In this document: positions 7,101 through 16,173 of the stretch, in pieces
Position numbering within the stretch: the stretch's first letter is position 1
How the letters are laid out: each line of letters begins with the position of its first letter
Origin: Candidatus Zixiibacteriota bacterium
GTDB taxonomy: Bacteria; Zixibacteria; MSB-5A5; CAIYYT01
Assembly (NCBI GenBank): GCA_040235515.1
Contig: JBECKX010000153.1
Location: forward strand, 1 to 19,417
Reading direction: 5' to 3'
DNA length: 19,417 nt
Position numbers and translations under genes: made by a program
The notes under the pieces: generated by a model
The model's input: only the letters and a program-made list of their open reading frames with translations
Database searches by the model: none
Told to the model about the DNA's origin: nothing

Positions 7101-8774
7101 CTATAACTTCCCCGAGCGAAGAATGGCGATAGCCAGCCAGAGTCCCAGGACTCCGGCGACGATAAATCCGATCAAACCGAGGATCGGAATCCCATAAATT
7201 TTCCAGCCGAAATTGCGGGTCATGATCAGCGATGAACCGACGATGATCGATGCGATGATCAGAGCAAACGCGATGCGGTTGGAGGCCTTCTCAAGCTCTG
7301 CAATCAGGCGCTCGAGGCCTCGATGCTGGAATGCGATCGAGAGTTCTCCCTTGCGGAGATTGCGCATAATACGGCGCAGCTCAAACGGCACGTTGATCAT
7401 CAGATCGCGGATATCGACCACATAACTGCCGAGGTCGCGCAGGATGCTGCGCGGTTCGAATTTTCGTGTCGCAAAGCGCTCGATCGAGGGCTGCAGTTCT
7501 TTGACGAAGTTGTACTCCGGGTTGAGCCCGCGCGCTACTTCTTCGTAGGTGACCAGTGCCTTCCCAAGCATCATCAATTCGGGCGGGAGCTTGATCTGGT
7601 GCGTGGTGAGGATCTCGAATGCATCCGACATCATGGCGCGCATATTGATCTTGGCGAGTGGGATGCCGTGAAAACGTTGCAGAAACAACGCAAGATCAGC
7701 CTCCAGCGTAGCCACTCGAATGTTGTCACTCAGCAGTTCATGATTCTGCAGCACCCGCACCAGCCGGCGGGTGTCGTCCGAAGTGGCCGATACAAGCATG
7801 TCGGCGACCAGTTCAAGCGAGGAACGCGAGAGCTTACCCATCATGCCGAAATCGACGGGCGCGATGCGGTTTCCGGGTAGAGCGAAGAGATTGCCGGGGT
7901 GCGGATCGGCATGAAAGAAGCCATGCTCGAACACCTGTTTGGCGAGCAGCTCTCCACCAACGCGGGTAACTTCCACCGGGTCGATCCCCTGTTGTCTCAG
8001 CTTGTCGATGTCGGAAATCTTGACTCCGTTGATGTACTCTGTCGTAAGCACACGTGATGTCGTCAACTCCCAGAAGATTCCCGGTATGAAGATGCGGTCA
8101 TCGCCTTCGAAGTTGCGCGCAAAGACTTCGATGTTACGAGCCTCCGCCCCGAAGTCGATTTCCTTCTTCGTCGATCGCCACAACTCATCGACAACCGCAA
8201 CCGGTTCGAATTGCCTCGATTCCGGGATGTAGCGCTCCAGCAGAGTCGCCAGATCGCGCAAGATCGAGAGATCCTTCTCCATCGTTGCGCGCACGTTGGG
8301 TCGCTGGACCTTGACCGCGACATCGACTCCATCGTGGGTGCGGGCGCGGTGAACCTGTGAGAGCGAAGCCGCCGCAATCGGCTCTTTGCCGAACTGAGCG
8401 AATAATTCTTCGAGCGGTTGTTCGAGCTCCGACTCAACCGTACGTTTTACTTCGTCAAAATCGAACGGCGCTACCTGGTCCTGCAGCTTGGCCAGCTCAT
8501 TGACAAGATCAGGCGGGATCAGGAAGGGGCGAGTTGACATGATCTGCCCCATCTTCACGAAGGATGGACCCAGTTCCTCCAGCGCCAGGCGAATCCGCTC
8601 GGTCCAGCTCTGGGTCGTGGTCTCCGGCTGTTTGGCGAAGAGCTTGCGGCTCGCGACCTGCAGGTAGCCGGCGATGTTCATCCGATCGAGGACTTCACCA
8701 AAGCCATACTTAATCAGCACGGCGACAACCTGCCGATACCGGCCGAGGTGTTTGTATGAGCGGGTCAGTTCCAT
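7101..8774 (-). CDS. ubiB: UbiB/AarF/ABC1 family atypical protein kinase-like protein
   Basis: LGPSFVKMGQ (KxGQ), IAAASLSQVH (A-rich loop), VAVKVQRP, FFHADPHPGN, DFGM, and two C-terminal TM helices. The family is clear, but a role in ubiquinone synthesis is not established. Confidence 0.9.
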   Translation of the reverse strand: MELTRSYKHLGRYRQVVAVLIKYGFGEVLDRMNIAGYLQVASRKLFAKQPETTTQSWTERIRLALEELGPSFVKMGQIMSTRPFLIPPDLVNELAKLQDQVAPFDFDEVKRTVESELEQPLEELFAQFGKEPIAAASLSQVHRARTHDGVDVAVKVQRPNVRATMEKDLSILRDLATLLERYIPESRQFEPVAVVDELWRSTKKEIDFGAEARNIEVFARNFEGDDRIFIPGIFWELTTSRVLTTEYINGVKISDIDKLRQQGIDPVEVTRVGGELLAKQVFEHGFFHADPHPGNLFALPGNRIAPVDFGMMGKLSRSSLELVADMLVSATSDDTRRLVRVLQNHELLSDNIRVATLEADLALFLQRFHGIPLAKINMRAMMSDAFEILTTHQIKLPPELMMLGKALVTYEEVARGLNPEYNFVKELQPSIERFATRKFEPRSILRDLGSYVVDIRDLMINVPFELRRIMRNLRKGELSIAFQHRGLERLIAELEKASNRIAFALIIASIIVGSSLIMTRNFGWKIYGIPILGLIGFIVAGVLGLWLAIAILRSGKL

Positions 8775-8944
8775 GCCCGATTGCTACTCCCGATTATGAT
8801 GACTGGTTGCACGCAAGCTGCGCTTTGCCACGCTTCGCCGTTAAGCTGTAGTAACGTAGAAGAAATCGGGGCGCGGCACAACCACTAATTGGGTGAGCAA
8901 GAGCGAGAGCTGACAACAGCTCAGGAAGCTGTCCGGGCGCGATG

Positions 8945-8998
8945 GATTCAGGTCTGAAGGATCTTTGTATGAAAGATTGAGGTCTGAGGCACCTATGT
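8945..8998. repeat. Imperfect 24-bp direct repeat with 30-bp period in the intergenic region upstream of ubiB
   Basis: GATTCAGGTCTGAAGGATCTTTGT (8945-8968) vs GATTGAGGTCTGAGGCACCTATGT (8975-8998), 19/24 identical. Confidence 0.6.
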
Positions 8999-9016
8999 GG
9001 CGGAGTTGCACAAAGC

Positions 9017-12000
9017 CTAGCGCACAACGACGAACTTGTCTTTGATAATCTCGTTGTCGACGCGGACGTAGTAGAGATATACTCCCGGCCCCAGCTTCTC
9101 TCCGCTCGAGTTCAGCACCTGCCATTGAAACTCGTTTGAGTCGGGCTGGAGGCTGATCACGCGATCACCGGATGGCGTGAATATCTCCACCAGCGCACCG
9201 GTGGGGATGTTGTGAAAGGTGATCGCGCCATCAAGATAAGAAAAGGGGTTGGGCGAGACGAAGACCGGCGCCTCGATCGAGAAGTACCTTACCTCACTGT
9301 AGGGCCCATTGATTCGTTGAGCACGCCAGTAAAAAGTAACGCCGGCTTCCAAATCCTGATTGGGGCGCCAGGAAGCCTGGCGGTCGCTCCCGACTGCATT
9401 ACCCGCATCGATGATCTCTCTGAAGTCGCTATCGGTGGCGATTTCGAAGTAGACGAGGGCTGAATCGTCGCCGCCGCTCCAGCCGACGCTGAGCAACGGC
9501 CGTGCTTCATTGAGTGTAGCGCCGACGGTCGGTCGCAACAGAGCGAGGGCGTCGTCGGCATCAAGCGATAAATTGTAATGATAGAATTTCTGTGCCGTAC
9601 ACCAATTGCTCCAGACGGTCCCATCGTTGGCGCGCACGCGCCACCAATATGGGCGACCATGCTCCAGCGTATGCGTCGTCTTATGGATGGTGTAGATCGG
9701 AGTCTCCGGCACTTCGAGGGCAACTTCCACATAGTTCGTCAACAATGAATCGGAGAAGAGCGCGAAGTCATAGCTGAGCACATCTCCATCGGCATCTGAG
9801 GAGTTGCGCAGTACCAGTGTGTGCTGAGAACCGGTGAGGGTGTCACCATCCAGCGGATAGTATGCGATCGGAACTGTCGGTGCCGAATTTTCGGTCGTGA
9901 TTTCGAAGGATGCCCATGGCATCCAGCCGGACCATGCCTGCGAATCGGATGCTCGCACCCGCCAGAAATATTGCTGACCACTGGGGAGTGAGCTGGAGAG
10001 AGTCCAGGACGTTGTCAGCCCGGCACCCTGGCTCACCGCGGGTGATTGTATCAGCAGTGTCGTCTGGGAGGAATTGTAGACTTCGAATTGATAGGTCAGA
10101 CTGTTTCCATCCGGATCGCTGGAATTGGAGATTGTCAGGGTCGGGACGACGCTGCCGATCACTGCTCCATTTTCAGGGGAGGATACCTGGGGTGCGGAGG
10201 GTGGAGCATTTCCCGACGATTGATTCACTGTGAATGACGCGCCGGCTGACCAATTCGAATAGTCAACTCCATCGTAGGCGCGTGCACGCCAGTAGTAACT
10301 TGAGAGGTTATTCAATGCCGGTGTTACCGTCCACGCAGTTGCGGTGTTGCCGCTGTTGACCATTCCTGACTGCGCGATGATTGTGCCAAAGCCTGAGGAG
10401 GTCGACACCTGGAATTGATACGTCAGGCTGCTGCCATCAGGATCGCTGGCGTTGAGACACGACAGGATCGGCTGGGTCACCGAGACGCTGTTTCCATTTG
10501 CCGGTGATGCGACGACCGGCGCACTGGGTGCGGCATTGGGAACGGTAAAGGTGCGCGTGGCGGACCAATCGGACCAGAGGATGCTGTTTCCGGCACGCAC
10601 ACGCCAATAGTAGGTTTGGCCGCCTGCCAAAGGGTTTATCACGCCCCAGCAGGTTGAAGAGCTGCCCTGCGTCACCGAACTGTTTTCCGAGAGGATCGAG
10701 CCGAATGAACTGCTGTTCGAGACCTGAAAATGATAGCGGATCGGGTGCGTGCAACCACTCTGAGTGGAATTCGAGACGCACAGCGTCGGCTGATTATCCG
10801 CTGCCATGGTGCCATCACCCGGACTGAGCAGCGACGGCACGGTTGGTGGCGTGCCACAATCGCCGGTACCGGCGGGTATGACGATGGCGCCTGCCGCGCC
10901 AGGCAGATTGAGTTGAGTAATGATCGAGCCGAGAGTCCCATCCGGTAACAATTGGCGATACTGCCCGCCCAGGTCTACCGTGACTGCCGTGGAGGTCTCC
11001 CCCCACTTAGCATCGAAGGCATCGCGGGGCCGCATATAGACTGTGCCATACTGATATTCCCGCCTGAAGACTTTGTAGATTTTCCCTGCCTGATCCGGCG
11101 AGGAACCGCTGGCAACGAGTTCGTAGCGTGCGGACGGTTCGCCGAGATCATACTCCATTGCGGGGATCCAGGCGAGTGTGTCAAACCCGGGGTTGTAGAA
11201 GACTCCATACGCATTACCCGGTTCGGGGCGCATGAAAACCCAGCTCGATTCAGCGCGCGCGGTATACCAGAAGCAGAGATTATTGTAGATCGCGTTTCGC
11301 TTGGTGGTGGAGCCGTTGCCATACGAGGTGCGCGGGCGTGATGTCCAGAAGTGTGTTACACCGTTGCGGGAGGCGGTAGAGTCCCGCGTGTAGAGATTTT
11401 CGAGCCGGTAGAAACTCTCCGAATTGCAGTACACCGGGTCGAAAGCGAACTCGTAGTTGATGGCATCCGCACCTGAGGAGTCGGCGATATGATACACCGA
11501 CTTATTGCTCACGCCGACATTGTAGGCGAGCACCTTGCGTTTGCCATCGGCCGACCACGATGCGGAAGTCAGCAGCGTATCGCGTACCTGACGCCCGAAA
11601 ACCAGCATCCATCCCCAACCCCAATCGCCGTAGGCGTCGGTTCCAAAGGTGAGCAGATTGCTCGGTGAGGTGCCCGTTTCCACGATCAGTCCGCCGTCAA
11701 CAAGGTGGCTTCCCTGCATCCCCAGCGGGCTGTAGTTGTCGAAGTAGATGCCATCCCAGTGGCCGCTGATACCCGGAAAATGATCGAGGCGTGCATCGGT
11801 AAAGGCCTGGGTGATATACTCAACGTACGCCTGCCGAAGATTCGGATTGGTGAAGTTCGGCGAGAGCCTCGTCGGCGCGGAATAGGTGTTGCCCGACGTA
11901 AAGAGGTAGCTCGTGTACGAGTTCGGCACACGGCTGACACTATCGGCGGGCGTGATTACCATCGAATAGGTGCCCGGAATCGTCACAGTATCCCAGGCGC

Positions 12001-12430
12001 TGCCATTCCAATTGCGGATGCGCGTATCGTTGTAGAAGTGCATGTAGGCGTTTTCTTCGATGTCACCGAGTTGCACCATCCGATCGCGGATGTAACTCGA
12101 TTTGCGTCCGCCATTGTAAGAGTTCGAGCTATAGCTCTTGTAGGCCGGCAGGTCGGTTCCCGAAGTGTAGACGATCAGCCGGCAACCGGGAGAATTCGCG
12201 CGCCAATCATCGATGTATTGCGGGCAGTCGGCATACCCCATGATGTAGGTGAAGCGTTCGAACAACCAGTTGCTGTCTCCCGGCTTGAACCACATACAGG
12301 TGCCATCCGTGCCGCAGAAGTAACCTCCCGAGCGTAGTGACACCGTGGCCGCAATGAGTCCGTTGATCGATCCTGCGAGGATGACGGCAGCGATCGCGAA
12401 TGTGACGATTTTTGTTAGAGTGCGATCCAT
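9017..12430 (-). CDS. Secreted putative glycoside hydrolase (GHL15/GH168-like TIM-barrel) with five FN3/Ig-like repeats and a T9SS-like C-terminal domain (~1137 aa)
   Basis: Start placed at ATG 12430 (GAAGGA upstream; signal peptide MDRTLTKIVTFAIAAVILAG). The N-domain has NFTNPNLRQAY, WDGIYFDN, DAINYEF and VFRREYQYGTVYMRP. Five repeats end in Y(Y/F/W)WR(V/A)RA-type motifs. C-terminus VSPNPF...WQVLNSSGEKLGPGVYLYYV...KFVVVR. The CDS is secure, but the GH family is tentative. Confidence 0.75.
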   Translation of the reverse strand: MDRTLTKIVTFAIAAVILAGSINGLIAATVSLRSGGYFCGTDGTCMWFKPGDSNWLFERFTYIMGYADCPQYIDDWRANSPGCRLIVYTSGTDLPAYKSYSSNSYNGGRKSSYIRDRMVQLGDIEENAYMHFYNDTRIRNWNGSAWDTVTIPGTYSMVITPADSVSRVPNSYTSYLFTSGNTYSAPTRLSPNFTNPNLRQAYVEYITQAFTDARLDHFPGISGHWDGIYFDNYSPLGMQGSHLVDGGLIVETGTSPSNLLTFGTDAYGDWGWGWMLVFGRQVRDTLLTSASWSADGKRKVLAYNVGVSNKSVYHIADSSGADAINYEFAFDPVYCNSESFYRLENLYTRDSTASRNGVTHFWTSRPRTSYGNGSTTKRNAIYNNLCFWYTARAESSWVFMRPEPGNAYGVFYNPGFDTLAWIPAMEYDLGEPSARYELVASGSSPDQAGKIYKVFRREYQYGTVYMRPRDAFDAKWGETSTAVTVDLGGQYRQLLPDGTLGSIITQLNLPGAAGAIVIPAGTGDCGTPPTVPSLLSPGDGTMAADNQPTLCVSNSTQSGCTHPIRYHFQVSNSSSFGSILSENSSVTQGSSSTCWGVINPLAGGQTYYWRVRAGNSILWSDWSATRTFTVPNAAPSAPVVASPANGNSVSVTQPILSCLNASDPDGSSLTYQFQVSTSSGFGTIIAQSGMVNSGNTATAWTVTPALNNLSSYYWRARAYDGVDYSNWSAGASFTVNQSSGNAPPSAPQVSSPENGAVIGSVVPTLTISNSSDPDGNSLTYQFEVYNSSQTTLLIQSPAVSQGAGLTTSWTLSSSLPSGQQYFWRVRASDSQAWSGWMPWASFEITTENSAPTVPIAYYPLDGDTLTGSQHTLVLRNSSDADGDVLSYDFALFSDSLLTNYVEVALEVPETPIYTIHKTTHTLEHGRPYWWRVRANDGTVWSNWCTAQKFYHYNLSLDADDALALLRPTVGATLNEARPLLSVGWSGGDDSALVYFEIATDSDFREIIDAGNAVGSDRQASWRPNQDLEAGVTFYWRAQRINGPYSEVRYFSIEAPVFVSPNPFSYLDGAITFHNIPTGALVEIFTPSGDRVISLQPDSNEFQWQVLNSSGEKLGPGVYLYYVRVDNEIIKDKFVVVR
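9275..10859 (-). repeat. Five ~100-aa FN3/Ig-like protein repeats (approximate limits)
   Basis: Units follow N.xP.xP...SP..G...P.L..N(S/A)SD(P/A)DG..L.Y.F....Y.WR(V/A)RA.D....S.W; the fifth unit is more divergent. Confidence 0.8.
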
Positions 12431-12488
12431 CAATATCCTTCGAAGTACCAGTCGGTACCGGGCGAGTGACTTGCTCGCCGGCAACTAC

Positions 12489-12513
12489 TGCAATTCATGT
12501 GCAATTCATGTGC
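12489..12513. repeat. 11-bp tandem repeat (2.3 copies) within the sigma54 promoter
   Basis: TGCAATTCATG at 12489-12499 and 12500-12510, followed by TGC at 12511-12513. Confidence 0.9.
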
Positions 12514-12515
12514 CG
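12500..12515 (-). promoter_or_regulatory. Putative sigma54 (-24/-12) promoter
   Basis: The minus strand reads CGGCAC-ATGAA-TTGCA, i.e. GG-N10-GC, matching the YGGCAC-N5-TTGCW consensus about 70 nt upstream of ATG 12430. Confidence 0.7.
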
Positions 12516-12863
12516 CAGGCAGAAGTTGTGTATCAGACCGCGGGGTGCTAACCTCTTGAATCTGCGTTCCTTACAATCTCTGTAATTCCAGATGCCCTGC
12601 TGAGCGGACTGCGGTTGTGCACGCACAACTCAGATCGGCTGCGGCTACAACTCACCCGCGCGACAACTCTTCGTTCTACAAGCGGTTGCGAGTGCAGTTC
12701 AGATTCAGTACGGCTGCGCAGGTTTACCAGCGAATAGTTAATAGACGCTTGTTCAGACGGCAACAAGAGAATTCACCCGCGGCAAGCAGGCAGCCGGACA
12801 TATACTGATATTATCGGATTGGGCCGCAATATCTTGCGAGAGTTATGGAGATTCGCACGGAAT

Positions 12864-14846
12864 CTACCGGCGGGATTGGGGATCGACGCTCAGTATCAGC
12901 AGCGAATCTGTCTCAAGTTCCACGCGATAGCGCGCTCGATAGCGCGAGAGATTGACTTCGCCGGTATCTTCGGTATCGGCGAGTGAGTACTTATGGATCA
13001 CGATGTGGCTCACGCCGGCGCCTGCCAATTGAGTTGCCTGCCGCTCGAGGTCGTTGAACTCAAGTGTGTCGAGCAGCTTCGTGCCCAGCTTGCGGGTGGT
13101 TTCCCCACCAACCATCGGAACTTCGAGAATCGTCTGTTGCGCCATGTAAGTCCGGATGCTGACATAATCTTCCGGTAGATTCAGGAACGCAGTCGGTTGC
13201 TCACGTGCCACGAATTCTTTCAGCTCAGAGGGGAGCGGAATCCGGGTCGTGTCAGACGCGCAGGAGTAGATATCGACAAACAGGAGCGCTACGATGATGC
13301 CTGTAATCGCAACCCGCACGCTTCCGCGTTTCTGTTTGGCCCAGAGATATACCAGAGCCAGGACGACAAGGATTGCCCAGAAAAGGTAGAGATACACCAT
13401 GAATCGTGCCGGCACCCGCGCGCTGCGCAGGAAGGGTACATAAGCGACCAGCGTGTATGGCAGGCCGATCGGAAGTGAGTAGCCGAAGAGATGAATCTGT
13501 GGACCGAGCGCGAGTGTCAGGAACGCGATCACACCCAGCCAGAGGCGCGCCGCGAGCCTGAGTAGCTGCCGCAGTTGTGAGAGTACAAGCAGGAGTGCGG
13601 CAATCCCGAGGTATCCCACGCTTTCCCAGACATACCCGGTGTAGGAGGCGTTGGCGGCGGCAATCCACTCAAAATTGTGAAGGAGATGTCTGGCGTACGG
13701 GATCAGCAACCCCATCGAATCAACGACAAAGGTATTGCGTCCGCCCAGGTCGGCGCCCGGGTATTTCATCCCCAGCTTGAACATCGGGATCAGCCAGAAC
13801 AGCAGCGGCAACAGCGTAATCAGCACCACCGCCAGTGACTTGATGACGTATGCCGAATCCCACCAGCGACGTTCCTTGAGCAAGAGATAGATGTAACCGA
13901 AGAGGATGAAGTAGCCTCCCATGATCAGGAAATTCCAGTCACAAAGAGCGTTGAGGAGCAGGAAAATGCCTGCCAGCGTGGTGAGCAACACACCCCCCTC
14001 TCGAATACAACGAATGAAGTAGAGGGCAAAGAAGGGCACGAACTGAATTGCGGTCTGATTCATGTGGTGGAGCGACCGCATAAAGTGCACCGGAGAGAAG
14101 GCGAAGATGAATCCTGCCAGCAGTGCGAGCAGTGAGTTCCGAGTTATGTAGCGAGTCAGCAGGAACGCTCCCAGTCCGGCTACGGGAAAGGTATGCAGAA
14201 TCACGAGATTGTAGCTGGCGATGGGGTTGCAGAAGATTCGTGCGATCGCCGCGATCACCTGGCTATAGAAGGACCAGCCATTGTAGTAGAGGGACACGCC
14301 CTCCGGAAAGAGCAGATGTCGAGTATAGGTAAGGGACTCGCTGCCATGCAGCACCTTCTCTACCGCCCACCACTGTGACCAGAGGCCTCCCATATTGTCC
14401 TCGGGCGGACCGATGAGATGGGTGCTGAACTGAGAAAAGATTGGATAGAAGTAGAGCGCGGTAATCGCCACATAGGACAGCAGCGCGATGAACACCTCGC
14501 CACGAAACCTGAAGGAGATGATTTCCGGATTGAAGGGGGTTTGCCTGCACTGGCTCGCCATCAGCCGCACAGCTCGAATCAGCACGTACCAGAAGAGCAG
14601 TGTCAGTGGAATGCCGAAGTAGATATATCCCCAGAAAATCTCGTTGGCCCGTTGATGATAGTGTTCGAGCGAATGGCGCGAAGAGTCGACCAGGCCGCCG
14701 ATTCCACCATCCTCAAAGTAGACGCGATCGATGTAGTCATGCACCCAAATACTGTAGGCTACGGCAAGCACGCTCAGGAGGATCATCACGACGACCCACA
14801 CCCGAACGAAACGCGACTGCGCCAGGCTCTTCAGGAAGGATTTCAT
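12864..14846 (-). CDS. Polytopic membrane protein, putative GT-C-fold glycosyltransferase (YfhO/PMT-like)
   Basis: More than 10 hydrophobic segments. An acidic motif follows a TM helix (IGPPEDNMGGLWSQWW), then LFPEGVSL, AYNLVIL..GLGAFLLTR..ALLAGFIFAFSP, YLG, RVPARF, and a soluble C-terminal domain. It lies in a glycan cluster. Confidence 0.65.
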   Translation of the reverse strand: MKSFLKSLAQSRFVRVWVVVMILLSVLAVAYSIWVHDYIDRVYFEDGGIGGLVDSSRHSLEHYHQRANEIFWGYIYFGIPLTLLFWYVLIRAVRLMASQCRQTPFNPEIISFRFRGEVFIALLSYVAITALYFYPIFSQFSTHLIGPPEDNMGGLWSQWWAVEKVLHGSESLTYTRHLLFPEGVSLYYNGWSFYSQVIAAIARIFCNPIASYNLVILHTFPVAGLGAFLLTRYITRNSLLALLAGFIFAFSPVHFMRSLHHMNQTAIQFVPFFALYFIRCIREGGVLLTTLAGIFLLLNALCDWNFLIMGGYFILFGYIYLLLKERRWWDSAYVIKSLAVVLITLLPLLFWLIPMFKLGMKYPGADLGGRNTFVVDSMGLLIPYARHLLHNFEWIAAANASYTGYVWESVGYLGIAALLLVLSQLRQLLRLAARLWLGVIAFLTLALGPQIHLFGYSLPIGLPYTLVAYVPFLRSARVPARFMVYLYLFWAILVVLALVYLWAKQKRGSVRVAITGIIVALLFVDIYSCASDTTRIPLPSELKEFVAREQPTAFLNLPEDYVSIRTYMAQQTILEVPMVGGETTRKLGTKLLDTLEFNDLERQATQLAGAGVSHIVIHKYSLADTEDTGEVNLSRYRARYRVELETDSLLILSVDPQSRR

Positions 14847-14856
14847 CGCTCAGCTC

Positions 14857-16086
14857 TCACGCGGTGTTGGCTCGGTAGGGCTTGATCAGGTAGTCCCGAT
14901 ATTGTTCGGGATCGCCCCGCATACCGGCTTCAGCTGCCTTGATGATATTGTATGACTCGCGGATAGTCGTGTAGTGAAGTCGGAACCTCTCGCCGTCGTC
15001 ATAGTGTTGCTCGAAATATGAGAGTGACTGATCGAAGGAGTCTCCAAGGATCGACGGCAAGTCTCCCGCCCGGCAACCGTGCGCATGCAGTTTGATGAAA
15101 ATCCAGTTCGGTTGTCCAAGCACGTGAATATTGGCGTTGATCCAGAATTTCATCCTACGCGGGTGAAGGGGAAGCTCCTTGTGGACTTCCGCATTCTCGA
15201 TGGTTGGATGGGTCCAATGCCGCCAGTCGAGCCAGTCGACCAACAGCGGTCCCTGCAGCAGCATCAAATCACCCGAGGCGGATTTGCCCGCTGCGACCGG
15301 CACGCCGACATCGTGGGACTTGGGCCGGTCGGGGTCATCGGTGACATAGCAGATCGAGTTGATGTGCCTCGGTTGCGCCATCGTCAGCACTGAAGGAAAG
15401 GTAACATCGATGAAGCAGCCCAGCTCCTTCAAGATTGTGATCTCATCATTCACGCCGCAGGGATTGGGAACGATATCGGGTCGTGAATTGTCGAGAGCCC
15501 AGTTGCCATGCACGAAGGCGAAGCGGGTCTGCGCCGGTTCATCGATCGTCTGGCAGATACCGTGGCGCGCGAGTTTTTCCAGTCCTTCACTCAACCTGGC
15601 GCGCAGTGTTTCCGAGGTGTCCTCGAAGTGGTGAAGCTGCAGCTCGATCTCCCCGAGTCCAGCGCGGAGCAGCGGCAGCAGCAGTTCGATCTGGAAGTCA
15701 TGGAATTGCTCGATCGGATAGTGAAAGGTCCGCTTGAAGGGATTACCGGCACTATCGCGGTGTCGCTCCGCGACCGGTCGATACCTCTCGATCCAGTTGC
15801 GGAGGAACTTGTCGGCGTTGGCGGGTTCGAAATGATCAGCCAGCGAGACAATCAGATGAAGCGGACCCGAGCGTGCTTCTGCGTCCGGCGGGTCGGTCCG
15901 CAGGTGCCGAATGTAGGCCGGTACCCAGAGCGAGTAGTAGCCACTGCGGTAGCGGGTGAAGATGTTCAGGCCGGCAGCGACCACCACGAGCACTGCGGCA
16001 AATATCAGTATAGGTATAAGCAGACTCAGTACCTCATCACGAACCGGAGGGTTTTGCCTTTCCGATTGGAGGATGATATCCGCCAA
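14857..16086 (-). CDS. Membrane-anchored conserved hypothetical protein, possibly a metal-dependent carbohydrate esterase/deacetylase-like enzyme
   Basis: 409-aa ORF with one N-terminal TM helix and motifs ADHFEP, EIELQLHH, FVHGNWALDNS, GCFIDVTFPS, FIKLHAHG. It ends 10 nt before the GT-C start. The TTG start is uncertain. Confidence 0.7.
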   Translation of the reverse strand: MADIILQSERQNPPVRDEVLSLLIPILIFAAVLVVVAAGLNIFTRYRSGYYSLWVPAYIRHLRTDPPDAEARSGPLHLIVSLADHFEPANADKFLRNWIERYRPVAERHRDSAGNPFKRTFHYPIEQFHDFQIELLLPLLRAGLGEIELQLHHFEDTSETLRARLSEGLEKLARHGICQTIDEPAQTRFAFVHGNWALDNSRPDIVPNPCGVNDEITILKELGCFIDVTFPSVLTMAQPRHINSICYVTDDPDRPKSHDVGVPVAAGKSASGDLMLLQGPLLVDWLDWRHWTHPTIENAEVHKELPLHPRRMKFWINANIHVLGQPNWIFIKLHAHGCRAGDLPSILGDSFDQSLSYFEQHYDDGERFRLHYTTIRESYNIIKAAEAGMRGDPEQYRDYLIKPYRANTA

Positions 16087-16173
16087 CTTTGTAATTTACA
16101 AGAGATTATGGTTGATAGAGAGGCTCGAGATGCCGAATCAATCTGTTGTATATCGCCGCCAACTTAGTTAGCC

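Noticed and set aside
8812..8830. Sigma54-like TGGCAAAGCGCAGC upstream of ubiB
   Set aside because: GG-to-GC spacing is 9 nt rather than the required 10.
8794..9125. Small ORFs 8794-9027 and 8841-9125 as genes upstream of ubiB
   Set aside because: They overlap the hydrolase 3' end, have no recognisable motifs or ribosome-binding site, and do not resemble a phasin.
12431..12484. ORF-track start at 12484
   Set aside because: It lies almost at the predicted sigma54 TSS with no room for a ribosome-binding site. ATG 12430 has GAAGGA and a clean signal peptide.
12345..12808. Short ORFs 12345-12551, 12548-12766 and 12617-12808
   Set aside because: No motifs and non-protein-like composition. The region is better explained as promoter/enhancer DNA.
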